From positions 896,001 through 960,000 of the forward strand of contig OZ220691.1 of the NCBI GenBank assembly GCA_965116475.1: 64,000 nucleotides of DNA. Direction: 5' to 3'. Of this stretch, positions 13,213-22,321 are shown one piece after another. The stretch comes from Gemmatimonadota bacterium. GTDB lineage: Bacteria > Gemmatimonadota > Gemmatimonadetes > Palauibacterales > Palauibacteraceae. The notes under the pieces are model-generated. The model saw only the letters and a list, made by a program, of their open reading frames with translations. It was not told where the DNA came from and made no database searches. The first letter of the stretch is position 1. Every line of letters begins with the position of its first letter. Made by a program: the position numbers and the translations under genes.

Positions 13213-14364
13213 GTGGCGAGTGGAGATGGGACGCACGGGGGCGGCACGCTCCTGCTGGGCACGACGAAAGGCGCCTTCCTGGCGCGGCCGCGCGGCGGGG
13301 GCGGAGCGGTCGACGGCGGTGGAAACGGCGACGGGGACGGCGGGGGGTGGGAGCTGGACGGCCCCCACTTCCCGGGGGAAGAGGTCTACGCGATGGCGTA
13401 CGACGACCGGGCCGGCCGGTCGCGCCTGTGGGCGGCGCCGCACAGTCCCTTCTGGGGGACGACGCTGCGCTTCTCGGACGACTTCGGGGCAAGCTGGTCC
13501 GGGAAGGCGGAGCGTCCGGTGCGGTTTCCCGAGGATTCCGGCCTGTCCCTCAAGCGCATCTGGCAGATCCAGCCGGGGTCGGCCCGCGAACCGGATGTGA
13601 TCCGGCTGGGCGTGGAGCCCGCCTGCCTGTTCATCTCGCACGACGCGGGGGAGAAGTGGGAGGCGGTGGACGGGCTGCTGAACCACCCGCACCGCGAGCG
13701 GTGGCAGCCGGGGGCCGGCGGGCTCTGCCTGCATACCATCGTCACGGACGGCGAGCCGGGCGGGCGCGCGACGATCGCCATCTCCGCCGCGGGGGCGTAC
13801 CGCAGCGACGATGGCGGGGCGAGCTGGGCGGCGCGCAACAAGGGGGTGCGCGCGGAGTTCCTGCCGGACAAGCACCCGGAGTTCGGCCAGTGCGTGCACA
13901 AGATCGTGCACCACCCGTCGAACCCGGACCGGCTCTTCCTGCAGAACCACTGGGGACTGTACCGCAGCGACGACTGGGGCGATTCGTGGACGGACATCGC
14001 CAACGGCGTCCCGTCCGACTTCGGCTTCGCGATGGCGATGCACCCGGCCGACGCCGACACGGTCTACATCGTCCCGCTCGAATCGGACGGCTTCCGTTGT
14101 ACGCCCGAGGCGAAGCTGCGCGTCTACCGGACCCGGGACGGCGGCGCGAGCTGGGAGGCGCTGACCGAAGGACTTCCGCAGCGGAACGCGTACGAAACCG
14201 TGCTGCGCGACGCGCTCGCCACGCTGGCCCCCGGGCAGGTGTTCTTCGGCACCCGCAGCGGCAAGGTGTACGCCTCCCGCGACGACGGGACGACGTGGGG
14301 GCTGGTGTGCGAGGGCCTCCCGCCGGTGGTCTGCGTGAAGGCCTGCGCCCCCCGGCCCGCCTGA
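13213..14364 (+). CDS. BNR/Asp-box beta-propeller protein (exo-alpha-sialidase/YCF48-like)
   Basis: Repeated S-x-D-x-G-x-x-W Asp-boxes (FSDDFGASW, SHDAGEKW, SDDGGASW, SDDWGDSW, TRDGGASW, SRDDGTTW); no signal peptide. Confidence 0.88.
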   Translation: MASGDGTHGGGTLLLGTTKGAFLARPRGGGGAVDGGGNGDGDGGGWELDGPHFPGEEVYAMAYDDRAGRSRLWAAPHSPFWGTTLRFSDDFGASWSGKAERPVRFPEDSGLSLKRIWQIQPGSAREPDVIRLGVEPACLFISHDAGEKWEAVDGLLNHPHRERWQPGAGGLCLHTIVTDGEPGGRATIAISAAGAYRSDDGGASWAARNKGVRAEFLPDKHPEFGQCVHKIVHHPSNPDRLFLQNHWGLYRSDDWGDSWTDIANGVPSDFGFAMAMHPADADTVYIVPLESDGFRCTPEAKLRVYRTRDGGASWEALTEGLPQRNAYETVLRDALATLAPGQVFFGTRSGKVYASRDDGTTWGLVCEGLPPVVCVKACAPRPA

Positions 14365-14669
14365 TGCCCGCCGGGACGGCTGCCACCGGCCTGGTGCGCG
14401 TGACGCTGCCGGCCGCGCTGACGGAGTTCACGGGCGGGCGGTCCTCGGTCGACGTCCCCGGCGCACCCGCCCCGGTCGGCGACATCCTGGCCGCACTCGG
14501 GGCCGCCCACCCCGGCGTCCGCGACCGCCTGATCACGGAGCGGGGCCGCCTGCGGCCTCACGTGAACATCTTCGTGGACGGCGAGAACATCCGCTTCCTC
14601 AGCGGCCTCGACACCCCCGCCAAGGACGGCGCCGAAGTCGTCGTCCTCCCCGCCATAAGCGGCGGCTGA
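14364..14669 (+). CDS. MoaD/ThiS-family ubiquitin-like protein
   Basis: HVNIFVDGENIRFLSGLDT...LPAISGG*; TGATG coupling to the upstream gene. Confidence 0.9.
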   Translation: MPAGTAATGLVRVTLPAALTEFTGGRSSVDVPGAPAPVGDILAALGAAHPGVRDRLITERGRLRPHVNIFVDGENIRFLSGLDTPAKDGAEVVVLPAISGG

Positions 14670-14687
14670 CTACCGGCCGCGCCGAGC

Positions 14688-14933
14688 TTACCGATCGGCG
14701 TCGAACAGGGACTCGATCTCCCTCGCACCCATGCGGTCGAAGTCCGGCGGGACGGAGATTTGGCTGACCATGAATCCGGTCCGGCGAGCTGCGGCGGGTT
14801 CTGGCGTGTCAATCGACACCACCTCGACCAATGGCTCGCCGTCCCGCGTGATGACGAACGGGTCGCCGTCCACCGCCTCCTGAACGAGGCGGGAGAGGTG
14901 CTTCCGGGCTTCATGGATTTCGACCGTGCGCAT
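14688..14933 (-). CDS. Phd/YefM-family antitoxin (orphan)
   Basis: MRTVEIHEARKHLSRLVQEAVDGDPFVITRDGEPLVEVV. Confidence 0.85.
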   Translation of the reverse strand: MRTVEIHEARKHLSRLVQEAVDGDPFVITRDGEPLVEVVSIDTPEPAAARRTGFMVSQISVPPDFDRMGAREIESLFDADR

Positions 14934-15111
14934 CGATCCCCTCCGGGCTTGCCTGATACCGAATCATACAGAGGCGTGCGGACCGGACCAAACGGCATCG
15001 TCAGGGTGAGCGGCAACGTCCCGAAGGACTTAGTTTCGAGCAAACCGAGGGGAACACCCCCCTAAACCGATCACGGCCCCGCTCGACACCCGTCGATGAG
15101 GTGGAGATCTC

Positions 15112-15315
15112 ATGAAACTCAAGATCGTCGTTCACCAGGCGGAGGAGGGCGGCTACTGGGCGGAAGTACCCGCCATCGCCGGATGCGTATCCCAGGGCGA
15201 GTCGTTCGACGAGTTGCTGCGAAACGTCCGCGAGGCGATTGAGGGTTGCCTGTCCGTAGACTTACTCGACATCCCCGTCTCGGACACAGACAGGGTTGTC
15301 GAGATTGCCGTGTGA
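15112..15315 (+). CDS. hicB: HicB-family antitoxin (short form)
   Basis: EEGGYWAEVPAIAGCVSQGES..E..RNVREAIE. Confidence 0.9.
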   Translation: MKLKIVVHQAEEGGYWAEVPAIAGCVSQGESFDELLRNVREAIEGCLSVDLLDIPVSDTDRVVEIAV

Positions 15316-15518
15316 AGACCCTCAGCGGTAAGGACTTTTGCAGACTGCTCGAGGCTCACGGATGGCGGCTGAGGCGGGTCAGGGGCAGTCATCACATCTA
15401 CACGAAGGAGGGCGTTGCCGCCCGAGTCTCAGTCCCCGTCCACGGCAACGCCGACCTCAAGCGAGGGTTGCAAAGACACCTAATGAAGATCGCCGAAATC
15501 GATGAGTCGAATCGATAG
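15312..15518 (+). CDS. hicA: HicA-family toxin
   Basis: LEAHGWRLRRVRGSHHIY...VSVPVHGN; GTGA overlap with the hicB stop. Confidence 0.9.
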   Translation: MKTLSGKDFCRLLEAHGWRLRRVRGSHHIYTKEGVAARVSVPVHGNADLKRGLQRHLMKIAEIDESNR

Positions 15519-15547
15519 GCGCGGATGGTAGCCAAGCCTTCGTTGCG

Positions 15548-16555
15548 TCACTTCCCGGTGTCGAGGAGGACTTTGCCGAAGGAACGGTTGGACTCGACGT
15601 AGCGGTGGGCTTCGGCGGCTTCGGCGAGGGGGAAGACGCGATCGATGACCGGGCGCAGGTGGGACGGGTCGGCGGCCTGGGCCGTGAAGCCGGGGAGGAA
15701 GCGGGTCGCGAACATCTCCGTGAGGTGCGCCTTTTCCGCTTTCGAGCGCGCGCGGAGGACGGTGCCGACGACGGTCGCGCGCTTCCCCATGAGGGTGCGC
15801 AGGTTGGCCTCGACCTTCATGCCGCCCATGACGCCGACGATGACGAGGCGGCCGAGGGTCGCGAGGCTGGCCATGTTCGCCTCCCAGTACGGGGCGCCGA
15901 CGGTGTCGAGGATGACGTCGGCGCCGGCCCCGGCGGTGTGCTCTGCGACCGCGTCGGCGAAGGAGCCGGCCCGGCGGTCGACGGCGAGGTCGTGCGGCAG
16001 TCCGGCTTCGCGGATGCGGTCGAGCTTGGCCGCCGACGCCGTAGCGATGATCGCGCCCGCCCCGCTCGCGCGCGCCAGTTGCAGGGCGGCGGTCCCGACG
16101 CCGCCGCCGGCCGTGTGTACGAGCACGGTCTCGCCGGGGCGCAGACGGCCGCGCTCGATGAGGGCGTCCGCCGCGGTGAGGAAGACCTCGGGGATCGCTC
16201 CGGCCTCGGTCCAGTTAAGCGTCGGCGGGACGGGCAGGAGTTGCCCGGCCGGGACCGTTACCCGCTCGGCGTATCCGCCGCCGCCCAGGATGCCCATCGC
16301 GCGGTCGCCCTCGGACCAGCCCGTGACGCCGGGCCCGACTGCCTCGATTTCGCCGGCGAACTCGAGCCCCGGGATGTCCGGCGGGGCGTCCGCCGGCGCC
16401 GGATAGCGCCCCAGCCGCTGCAGGAGATCGGCCCGGTTGATCCCCGCGCAGCGTACGCGCACCCGGACCTCGCCGGCCCCGGCGGCCGGGTCGTCCCGCT
16501 CGACGAGTTCGAGGACGTCCGGGCCGCCGGGCTCCCGGATGCGGACCGCCTTCAT
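15548..16555 (-). CDS. NAD(P)H-quinone oxidoreductase (PIG3/zeta-crystallin family)
   Basis: GINRADLLQRLG.Y, PGLEFAG, HTAGGGVGTAA, FGKVLL. Confidence 0.9.
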   Translation of the reverse strand: MKAVRIREPGGPDVLELVERDDPAAGAGEVRVRVRCAGINRADLLQRLGRYPAPADAPPDIPGLEFAGEIEAVGPGVTGWSEGDRAMGILGGGGYAERVTVPAGQLLPVPPTLNWTEAGAIPEVFLTAADALIERGRLRPGETVLVHTAGGGVGTAALQLARASGAGAIIATASAAKLDRIREAGLPHDLAVDRRAGSFADAVAEHTAGAGADVILDTVGAPYWEANMASLATLGRLVIVGVMGGMKVEANLRTLMGKRATVVGTVLRARSKAEKAHLTEMFATRFLPGFTAQAADPSHLRPVIDRVFPLAEAAEAHRYVESNRSFGKVLLDTGK

Positions 16556-17307
16556 GCGCCGACCGCCCCGAAGGCGCGCCGTGCGGCCTCGAGCCGCTCG
16601 GGCGTCCCGATGTCGTACCACGCCGCGCCCGTCGCGTCGAACACCCCGACGTGCTCCCCGTCCCCGATCCAGTCCATGTACGAATCCATGATCGAAAAGA
16701 CGCCTCCTTCCGCGTAGCGTTCGAACACGCGCGGCGAGATCGCGTGGATGCCGCAGAAGCCGTATTCCCCGGCCTCGTCCGCGCTCGCCGGCTCGCGCGC
16801 GACGACTTCCCAGCCCTCCGTCCGGTTCGCGCGCCCGTACACGCCCCGGCCATCCACGAGGAGGGGCCGCGACGTCTCCCGCTCGGCGATCGCGAGCGTG
16901 GCCAGCCGCCCGTCCCGCGCCTCCCCCTCCAGGTGCGCGCGATACAGCGCGGCGAGGTCGACCTCGGTCACGACATCGCAGTTGTGGAGCAGGAAGGGTT
17001 CCCGCGCCTCGAACAGCGACCGCGCGTGGAAGAGCCCGCCGCTCGTGTCCAGGGGAGCCGGCGACTCCTCGTCTTCCCGCGACACGACCACCGGCACGCC
17101 CGGCGACGACGCTTCGGCCCACGCCGCCACCTGCCCGGCGAGATAGTGCGCGTTCACGATCAGGCGGTGCGCGCCCGCCGCGACGAGGTTCGCGGCGACG
17201 CGCTCCAGGAGCGGGACGCCGCCGAAGTCGACGAGCGCCTTGGGGGTCGCATCGGTCAGCGGCCGCAGGCGGCGTCCCCGGCCCGCCGCAAAGATCATCG
17301 CCTCCAC
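16552..17307 (-). CDS. murU: Nucleotidyltransferase, MurU-like (MurNAc-1-P uridylyltransferase)
   Basis: AMIFAAGRGRRLRPLTDATPKAL, LDTSGG, WYDIGTPERL; adjacent to an AmgK-like kinase. Confidence 0.8.
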   Translation of the reverse strand: MEAMIFAAGRGRRLRPLTDATPKALVDFGGVPLLERVAANLVAAGAHRLIVNAHYLAGQVAAWAEASSPGVPVVVSREDEESPAPLDTSGGLFHARSLFEAREPFLLHNCDVVTEVDLAALYRAHLEGEARDGRLATLAIAERETSRPLLVDGRGVYGRANRTEGWEVVAREPASADEAGEYGFCGIHAISPRVFERYAEGGVFSIMDSYMDWIGDGEHVGVFDATGAAWYDIGTPERLEAARRAFGAVGA

Positions 17308-17352
17308 GCGTCCGTCCCCGCCCTCCGGTTCAACTCGTCCGTGGCCACGGGC

Positions 17353-18834
17353 TCAGACCCGCGCGGGACGGCGCGGCCAGTCCGCCGACTCCCGGTGCGT
17401 GAGCTCCACGCGCACGTCGGGGAAGCGCACGCTCAGGTGCCGGCACAGCCGCTCCGCCATGTACACCGAGCGGTGCTGTCCTCCCGTACACCCGAAACTC
17501 ACGCTCAGGCTGTTGAATCCTCGCTCCACGTAGTTCGCGATGTGCGCGTCCACGATCCCCCGCACCCGTTCCCAGAACTCCTGCGCCTCCGGCCGGGACG
17601 CGATGAAGGCGATCGTCTCCTCGTCGAGACCCGTGAGGTCGCGGTACGCCTCCTCCCGGCCCGGATTCGGGAGCCCGCGACAGTCGAACACGTATCCTCC
17701 GCCGTGACCCGACGTGTCCGCCGGGTATCCGCCCGGATAGCGAAAGCTCGAGACCGTCACTTCCAGCCCCCCCTCGACCGCCGACGGCGCCGCCCCGCGA
17801 CTCCAGCGCTCGACGATCGCGCGCAGCGCCCCCTCGAGTTCGGGGATGTCCACGGGCAGGCCCGCCTCGAGCAACCCCCGCAGGTTCTCCGCCGCGTAGG
17901 GCACGCTCTGCAGAAAGCGCGGTTTCCGCTCGAAGAACCCCCGGTATCCGTAGGCCCCCAGCGCCTGCAGCAGGCGCACGAGGACGTACCCGGGCCAGAG
18001 TTCGAGGAATTCGCCGCGCCGCGCGACGCCGTGCGATTCGATGACGCCGATGTAGTGATCGAGCAGCGCCTCCCGGTGCCGGCGCGCGAGATTCGCCTTC
18101 GAGTCGTAGAGCAGCGACGCCACGTCGTACTGCAGCGCCCCGCGCCGTCCGCCCTGGTAGTCGATGAACCAGGGCTCCGGACCCTCCGGTCCCCGCCGCA
18201 CCATTACGTTGCGGGACTGGAGGTCGCGGTACAGGAACCGCGACCGGTCGCCGGCGAGCAGGTGCCGCGCGAGCCGCGAGAAGTCGCGCTCCAGGTCCGC
18301 CTCGTTGAACGGGATGTGCGCGAGCTTCAGGAAGTGGTACTTGAAGTAGTTCAGGTCCCAGAGGATGGACTGCCGGTCGAACGCCGCCCGGGGATAGGCC
18401 CGGCCGAAGTCGATCCGCTTCCCTCCCTCGACCTGGAAGCGCGGCAGGATGTCGAGCACCCGCCGGTAGAGGGGGAGGACGGCGTCGGGGAAGGCGTCCG
18501 ACCCCGGGTCGCACGCTTCCTTGATCGCATCGAAGAGGGTCGTGTCGCCGAGATCCTCGAGGAGCCACACGCCGGACTCCTCGTCCGCTCCGTACACCTC
18601 CGGCACGGGCAATCCGAGTTCGCGCAGCGTGCGGGAGTAGGAGAGGAAGGCCCGGTTCTCCATCGGGTCGGGCCCGTGGGCGCCGACCGCGGACACCCCA
18701 TCCCCCGCCGTGAGGCGCCAGTAGCTGCGGGCGGAGCCGTCCGCGGCGACGGGCCGGATGTCCCGCGGCGGTTCGCCGTGCCACTCGACGAAGAGCGCCG
18801 ACGCGAGGTCGACCAGGCCCTTGCCGGGACTCAT
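17353..18834 (-). CDS. AmgK-like phosphotransferase fused to a RapZ C-terminal domain
   Basis: DGSARSYWRL, LLEDLGD, YRDLQSRN, IDYQG then VSSFRY, VFDCRGLPNP, GCTGGQHRSV. Confidence 0.85.
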   Translation of the reverse strand: MSPGKGLVDLASALFVEWHGEPPRDIRPVAADGSARSYWRLTAGDGVSAVGAHGPDPMENRAFLSYSRTLRELGLPVPEVYGADEESGVWLLEDLGDTTLFDAIKEACDPGSDAFPDAVLPLYRRVLDILPRFQVEGGKRIDFGRAYPRAAFDRQSILWDLNYFKYHFLKLAHIPFNEADLERDFSRLARHLLAGDRSRFLYRDLQSRNVMVRRGPEGPEPWFIDYQGGRRGALQYDVASLLYDSKANLARRHREALLDHYIGVIESHGVARRGEFLELWPGYVLVRLLQALGAYGYRGFFERKPRFLQSVPYAAENLRGLLEAGLPVDIPELEGALRAIVERWSRGAAPSAVEGGLEVTVSSFRYPGGYPADTSGHGGGYVFDCRGLPNPGREEAYRDLTGLDEETIAFIASRPEAQEFWERVRGIVDAHIANYVERGFNSLSVSFGCTGGQHRSVYMAERLCRHLSVRFPDVRVELTHRESADWPRRPARV

Positions 18835-19799
18835 CAGCCGGCCGGAATCGCGGGGCCGGCGGCGGGGCGGGTCTTGAGCGCGCCCACGAGGTCCTCGAGG
18901 CGCGCGACGCCGGTCGCCTCCAGGTATTCCGAGATCCCGGCGTGGACGTCCACCGCCGCGCCCGGATCGACGAACGAAGCCGTCCCGACCTGCACGAGAC
19001 AGGCGCCGGCGAGGATGTACTGCAGCGCGTCCTCGGCGTTGCGGATGCCTCCGATGCCCATGATCGGCAGCCCGCACGTCTGCCGCGCCCGCCACGTCGC
19101 GTAGACGCCCATGGGGAGGATCGCGGGCCCGCTCACGCCCCCGGACCGGTTGCCGATCAGCGGTTCGCGGCGCCCGATGTCGACAACCATCCCGGGGAAG
19201 GTGTTGATCGCGCTCAGACCGTCGGCCCCCGCCTCCTCGCAGATGCGGGCGAAGTCGCCCACGTCGGGGACGTTGGGCGTGAGCTTGATCACGAGCGGCC
19301 GTTCCGTGCAGCCGCGGAGCCGCGCCACGAGGTCGGCCAGCGCCCGCTCGTCGGTGCCGAACATCGTGCCGCCCTTCACGTTCGGACAGGAGACGTTGAT
19401 CTCGTACCCGAGGAAGCCGTCCTCCCCGTCGAGTCCGCGCACGACGGCGGCGAAGTCCTCCGCCGAGTGCCCGACCACGTTCACGAACACCTGCGCGCGG
19501 CGGAGGTGCTCCCGCAGCCAGGGGAGTTTCTCCGCGATGAAGCCCCGCAGCCCCGGGTTCTCGAGTCCGATCGCGTTGATCATCCCGCCGGGCGTCTCCG
19601 CGACGCGGTGGGGCGGGTTCCCGGGGCGGGGCTCGAGGCTCACCGCCTTCGTGACCAGCCCTCCGATCTCGTCGAGGGGGATGAGATCCGCGTATTCCTG
19701 CCCGTAGCCGCACGTGCCCGAGGCCAGGAGCACGGGACTCGGAAATTCCGCCCCGAACACGCGCTGGACGAGGCCCGGGGACGCCGCTGCCGAGGTCAG
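18834..19799 (-). CDS. pyrD: Dihydroorotate dehydrogenase B catalytic subunit
   Basis: LASGTCGYG, NAIGLENPG, EINVSCPNV, KLTPNV, GGVSGPAI; start uncertain (CTG 19799 or GTG 19760). Confidence 0.92.
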   Translation of the reverse strand: MTSAAASPGLVQRVFGAEFPSPVLLASGTCGYGQEYADLIPLDEIGGLVTKAVSLEPRPGNPPHRVAETPGGMINAIGLENPGLRGFIAEKLPWLREHLRRAQVFVNVVGHSAEDFAAVVRGLDGEDGFLGYEINVSCPNVKGGTMFGTDERALADLVARLRGCTERPLVIKLTPNVPDVGDFARICEEAGADGLSAINTFPGMVVDIGRREPLIGNRSGGVSGPAILPMGVYATWRARQTCGLPIMGIGGIRNAEDALQYILAGACLVQVGTASFVDPGAAVDVHAGISEYLEATGVARLEDLVGALKTRPAAGPAIPAG

Positions 19800-20587
19800 A
19801 TCGCCCCCCAGTCGAGTTCCTCCGCGGGGAAGACGGAGCCCTCGATGCATGACTTCACCCAGCGTCCGTCCGCTCCGCGCACGACGCACCCCTGGCAGGT
19901 GCCGATCCCGCACCCCATGTGCTCCTCCACCGAGACCTGGAGCCGGCGGCCGTGTTCCCGCGCGAAGGCCGCGAGCGCCCGCAGGAGGGGCGTCGGGCCG
20001 CAGCCGAGCAGGAGCGCGCGCGACGCCGGATCGAGGCCGGCCGTCACGAGGCCCTTCCGGCCAGCGCTCCCGTCTTCCGTGAACAACTCCGGATCGTGAT
20101 CCGTGAGCTGGGCGATGAGCGCCGGGTCGAAGACGGCGCCCGCATCCCGCTCTCCATAGATGAGCCGCACGCGCCGTCCCGCGGCCGCCTCGCGCGCCGC
20201 GAGGAAGATGAACGGGGCGAGCCCGACGCCGCCCGCAACGCACTCGACGTCCGCGCCCTCCGTGTCGAATGGGCGGCCCAGCGGGCCGAGCAGGAGGGCG
20301 GTCTGCCCGGTCTCCAGCGTGGCGAGCGCCTTGGTGCCCTGTCCGTAGGCGCGCAGCAGGATGCCCACCTCGCCGTCGGGGCCCGTCCAGCCGACGCTGA
20401 ACGGACGCGGGAGGAGCCACGCCCCCGGCGCGTCGAGCCCGACGCCGAGCATGACGAACTGCCCGGGGAGCGCGGCGGCCGCGATGTCCGGGCAGTCGAA
20501 CTCCTGCCACCACGTATCGCGGGCCACGAGGCGCGTCGAGAGCAGCGCCGCCCGCCGGCTCACGGGCGCCGCGCGCTCCACGGCCAC
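19796..20587 (-). CDS. pyrK: Dihydroorotate dehydrogenase electron transfer subunit
   Basis: PGQFVM, RPFS, GGVGLAP, CGP, MGCGIGTCQGC...C. Confidence 0.92.
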   Translation of the reverse strand: MAVERAAPVSRRAALLSTRLVARDTWWQEFDCPDIAAAALPGQFVMLGVGLDAPGAWLLPRPFSVGWTGPDGEVGILLRAYGQGTKALATLETGQTALLLGPLGRPFDTEGADVECVAGGVGLAPFIFLAAREAAAGRRVRLIYGERDAGAVFDPALIAQLTDHDPELFTEDGSAGRKGLVTAGLDPASRALLLGCGPTPLLRALAAFAREHGRRLQVSVEEHMGCGIGTCQGCVVRGADGRWVKSCIEGSVFPAEELDWGAI

Positions 20588-20601
20588 ACCGCCGGGGGCG
20601 C

Positions 20602-21855
20602 TCAGCAGCCCGGCTCCGGCGTCGGAGCGTACCGGCGCAACAGGTCTTCACGGTACGCCACGATCGCGTCCGCGATCGCCCGCGCGATCGCTTCCTGACC
20701 TTCCGCCCCGTTCAGGTAGCGCTCCTCTTCATCGTTCGAGAGAAAACCGACTTCGACGATCACCGACGGCATGCGCACGAGCGCCCCGAGGAGGACCCAC
20801 CACGGACCCTGTATGACGCCGCGATCGGGGGACCCGCCGCGCCGGACCCTCCGGATCGAGTTCTGTACGAACCCGGCGAAGAGCCGCGACTCCTGAAGAT
20901 TCTCCGTGCGGTCCAGCCCCGCGAGGATGAACTGGACATCGGACGGCGAACCCGCCGCGTCGTCCACTTCGGGACCCCGGTTCTCCCGCAGCGCGACCTC
21001 GCGCGCCTCCTCCGAGCGGGCCTGCCCGAGGAAGATGGTCTCGAACCCGCGCGCGCGCTCGTCTCCGGCGGCGTTGGCGTGGATCGAGACGAAGAGGTCT
21101 CCGGCCCGGTCCACCGCGAACTGGGAACGCTGGTCGAGGTCCACGTAGACGTCCGCCTCCCGGGTCAGGTGGGGCTCGAACATCTCGCACCCTTCGAGCT
21201 CGCCGTACAGCCGTCTCGCGATCGCGAGCACGATGTCCTTCTCGTAGCTCGCGTTGCCCAGCGTTCCCGGGTCCCGGCCTCCGTGGCCCGGGTCGATGAT
21301 CACGCGCCACGGCGCCGTCGGGTCGACGCGGGCCGGCAGCGGGTCCGGCGGCGGCGGGGAGGACGGGGGCTCCGCGGATGACGCGGGCGCCTGCGACTCT
21401 ACGGACGCGGCCGGCGCCGGCGGGGGTCCCTCCGACACCCATCGGGTGACGAACTCGGCCGGAAGCCAGAAGGCGCCGCCTTCCTCGTAGGGGGGATTCG
21501 CGAGCTGCACCACGCGCCCCCCGTGTCGGAGGAACGGAGATCCCGCCTCGAACGCAACCTCGTCGCCGCGGAGGCGGGCGCGAAGGAAGACCCCGTTCCG
21601 CGTGACGTCCTCGATGACGCTCTCCAGCGCGAGCGCGAGATCCGCCGCGTCCACGGCGGGGTAGGCCCGGTGCCGCGCGACGGGAAGGCTCACGGTGCGG
21701 CCCGAGACCTGCGCCTGAACCGTCTCGGGGGGCGCCTGCGCGGCGATGCCCGTCGTGGTCCCGGAGAGCACGGCCTGCGCGACGACGACGGCGGCTACCA
21801 CGATCCGCCCTCCCCCGCCGACCCGGCCGCGATCGCCGCCCCGGTCACCCGCCAC
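20602..21855 (-). CDS. N-acetylmuramoyl-L-alanine amidase (Amidase_3)
   Basis: IDPGHGGRDPG, EKDIVL, FVSIHANA, VEVGFLSN. Confidence 0.92.
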   Translation of the reverse strand: MAGDRGGDRGRVGGGGRIVVAAVVVAQAVLSGTTTGIAAQAPPETVQAQVSGRTVSLPVARHRAYPAVDAADLALALESVIEDVTRNGVFLRARLRGDEVAFEAGSPFLRHGGRVVQLANPPYEEGGAFWLPAEFVTRWVSEGPPPAPAASVESQAPASSAEPPSSPPPPDPLPARVDPTAPWRVIIDPGHGGRDPGTLGNASYEKDIVLAIARRLYGELEGCEMFEPHLTREADVYVDLDQRSQFAVDRAGDLFVSIHANAAGDERARGFETIFLGQARSEEAREVALRENRGPEVDDAAGSPSDVQFILAGLDRTENLQESRLFAGFVQNSIRRVRRGGSPDRGVIQGPWWVLLGALVRMPSVIVEVGFLSNDEEERYLNGAEGQEAIARAIADAIVAYREDLLRRYAPTPEPGC

Positions 21856-22318
21856 GCGCCGCCTCCCTCTTCGCCCGCTCGGCCTCCCGCTGCATCGTCT
21901 TCCTCTTCAGATCCTCGCGCCGGTCCCGGTGCTTCTTCCCCCGTGCCAACCCCAGCGTGACCTTGGCGAAGCCGCGCCGAAAATGGAGGTCCAGCGGCAC
22001 GAGCGTCAGTCCGCCCTCCCGCGTCTTCGAGCGCAAGCGGTCGATCTCCCGTCGCTTGAGCAGGAGCTTTCGCCGACGCACCGGGTCGGGCGCGTCGAGG
22101 GTCGCCTTGTCGTACGGAGGAATGTGGAGATTATGGAGCCACGCCTCCCCATCGTCGATCCGCCCGTACGAGTCCGTGAAACTCGCCTTCCCGTCCCGGA
22201 GCGATTTCACCTCCGCGCCCCGCAGCACAAGTCCCGCCTCGAACTGCTCGAGCACCTCGTAGTCGTGGCGAGCCTTCCTGTTGCGGGCGATGACCCGGAC
22301 CCCGTCGCGATCGCCCAC
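21845..22318 (-). CDS. smpB: SsrA-binding protein
   Basis: NRKARHDY, EAGLVLRGAEVKSLR, RKLLL, ARGKK. Confidence 0.97.
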   Translation of the reverse strand: MGDRDGVRVIARNRKARHDYEVLEQFEAGLVLRGAEVKSLRDGKASFTDSYGRIDDGEAWLHNLHIPPYDKATLDAPDPVRRRKLLLKRREIDRLRSKTREGGLTLVPLDLHFRRGFAKVTLGLARGKKHRDRREDLKRKTMQREAERAKREAARGG

Positions 22319-22321
22319 GGC

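Noticed and set aside
17353..20651. Long ORF calls 17353-19713 and 18834-20651 suggesting fusions
   Set aside because: The N-terminal extensions are off-frame readings of pyrD and pyrK; the real genes start near 18834 and 19799
21845..22318. tmRNA (ssrA) or a tRNA integration site near smpB
   Set aside because: The flanks are fully coding and no tRNA-like sequence was seen
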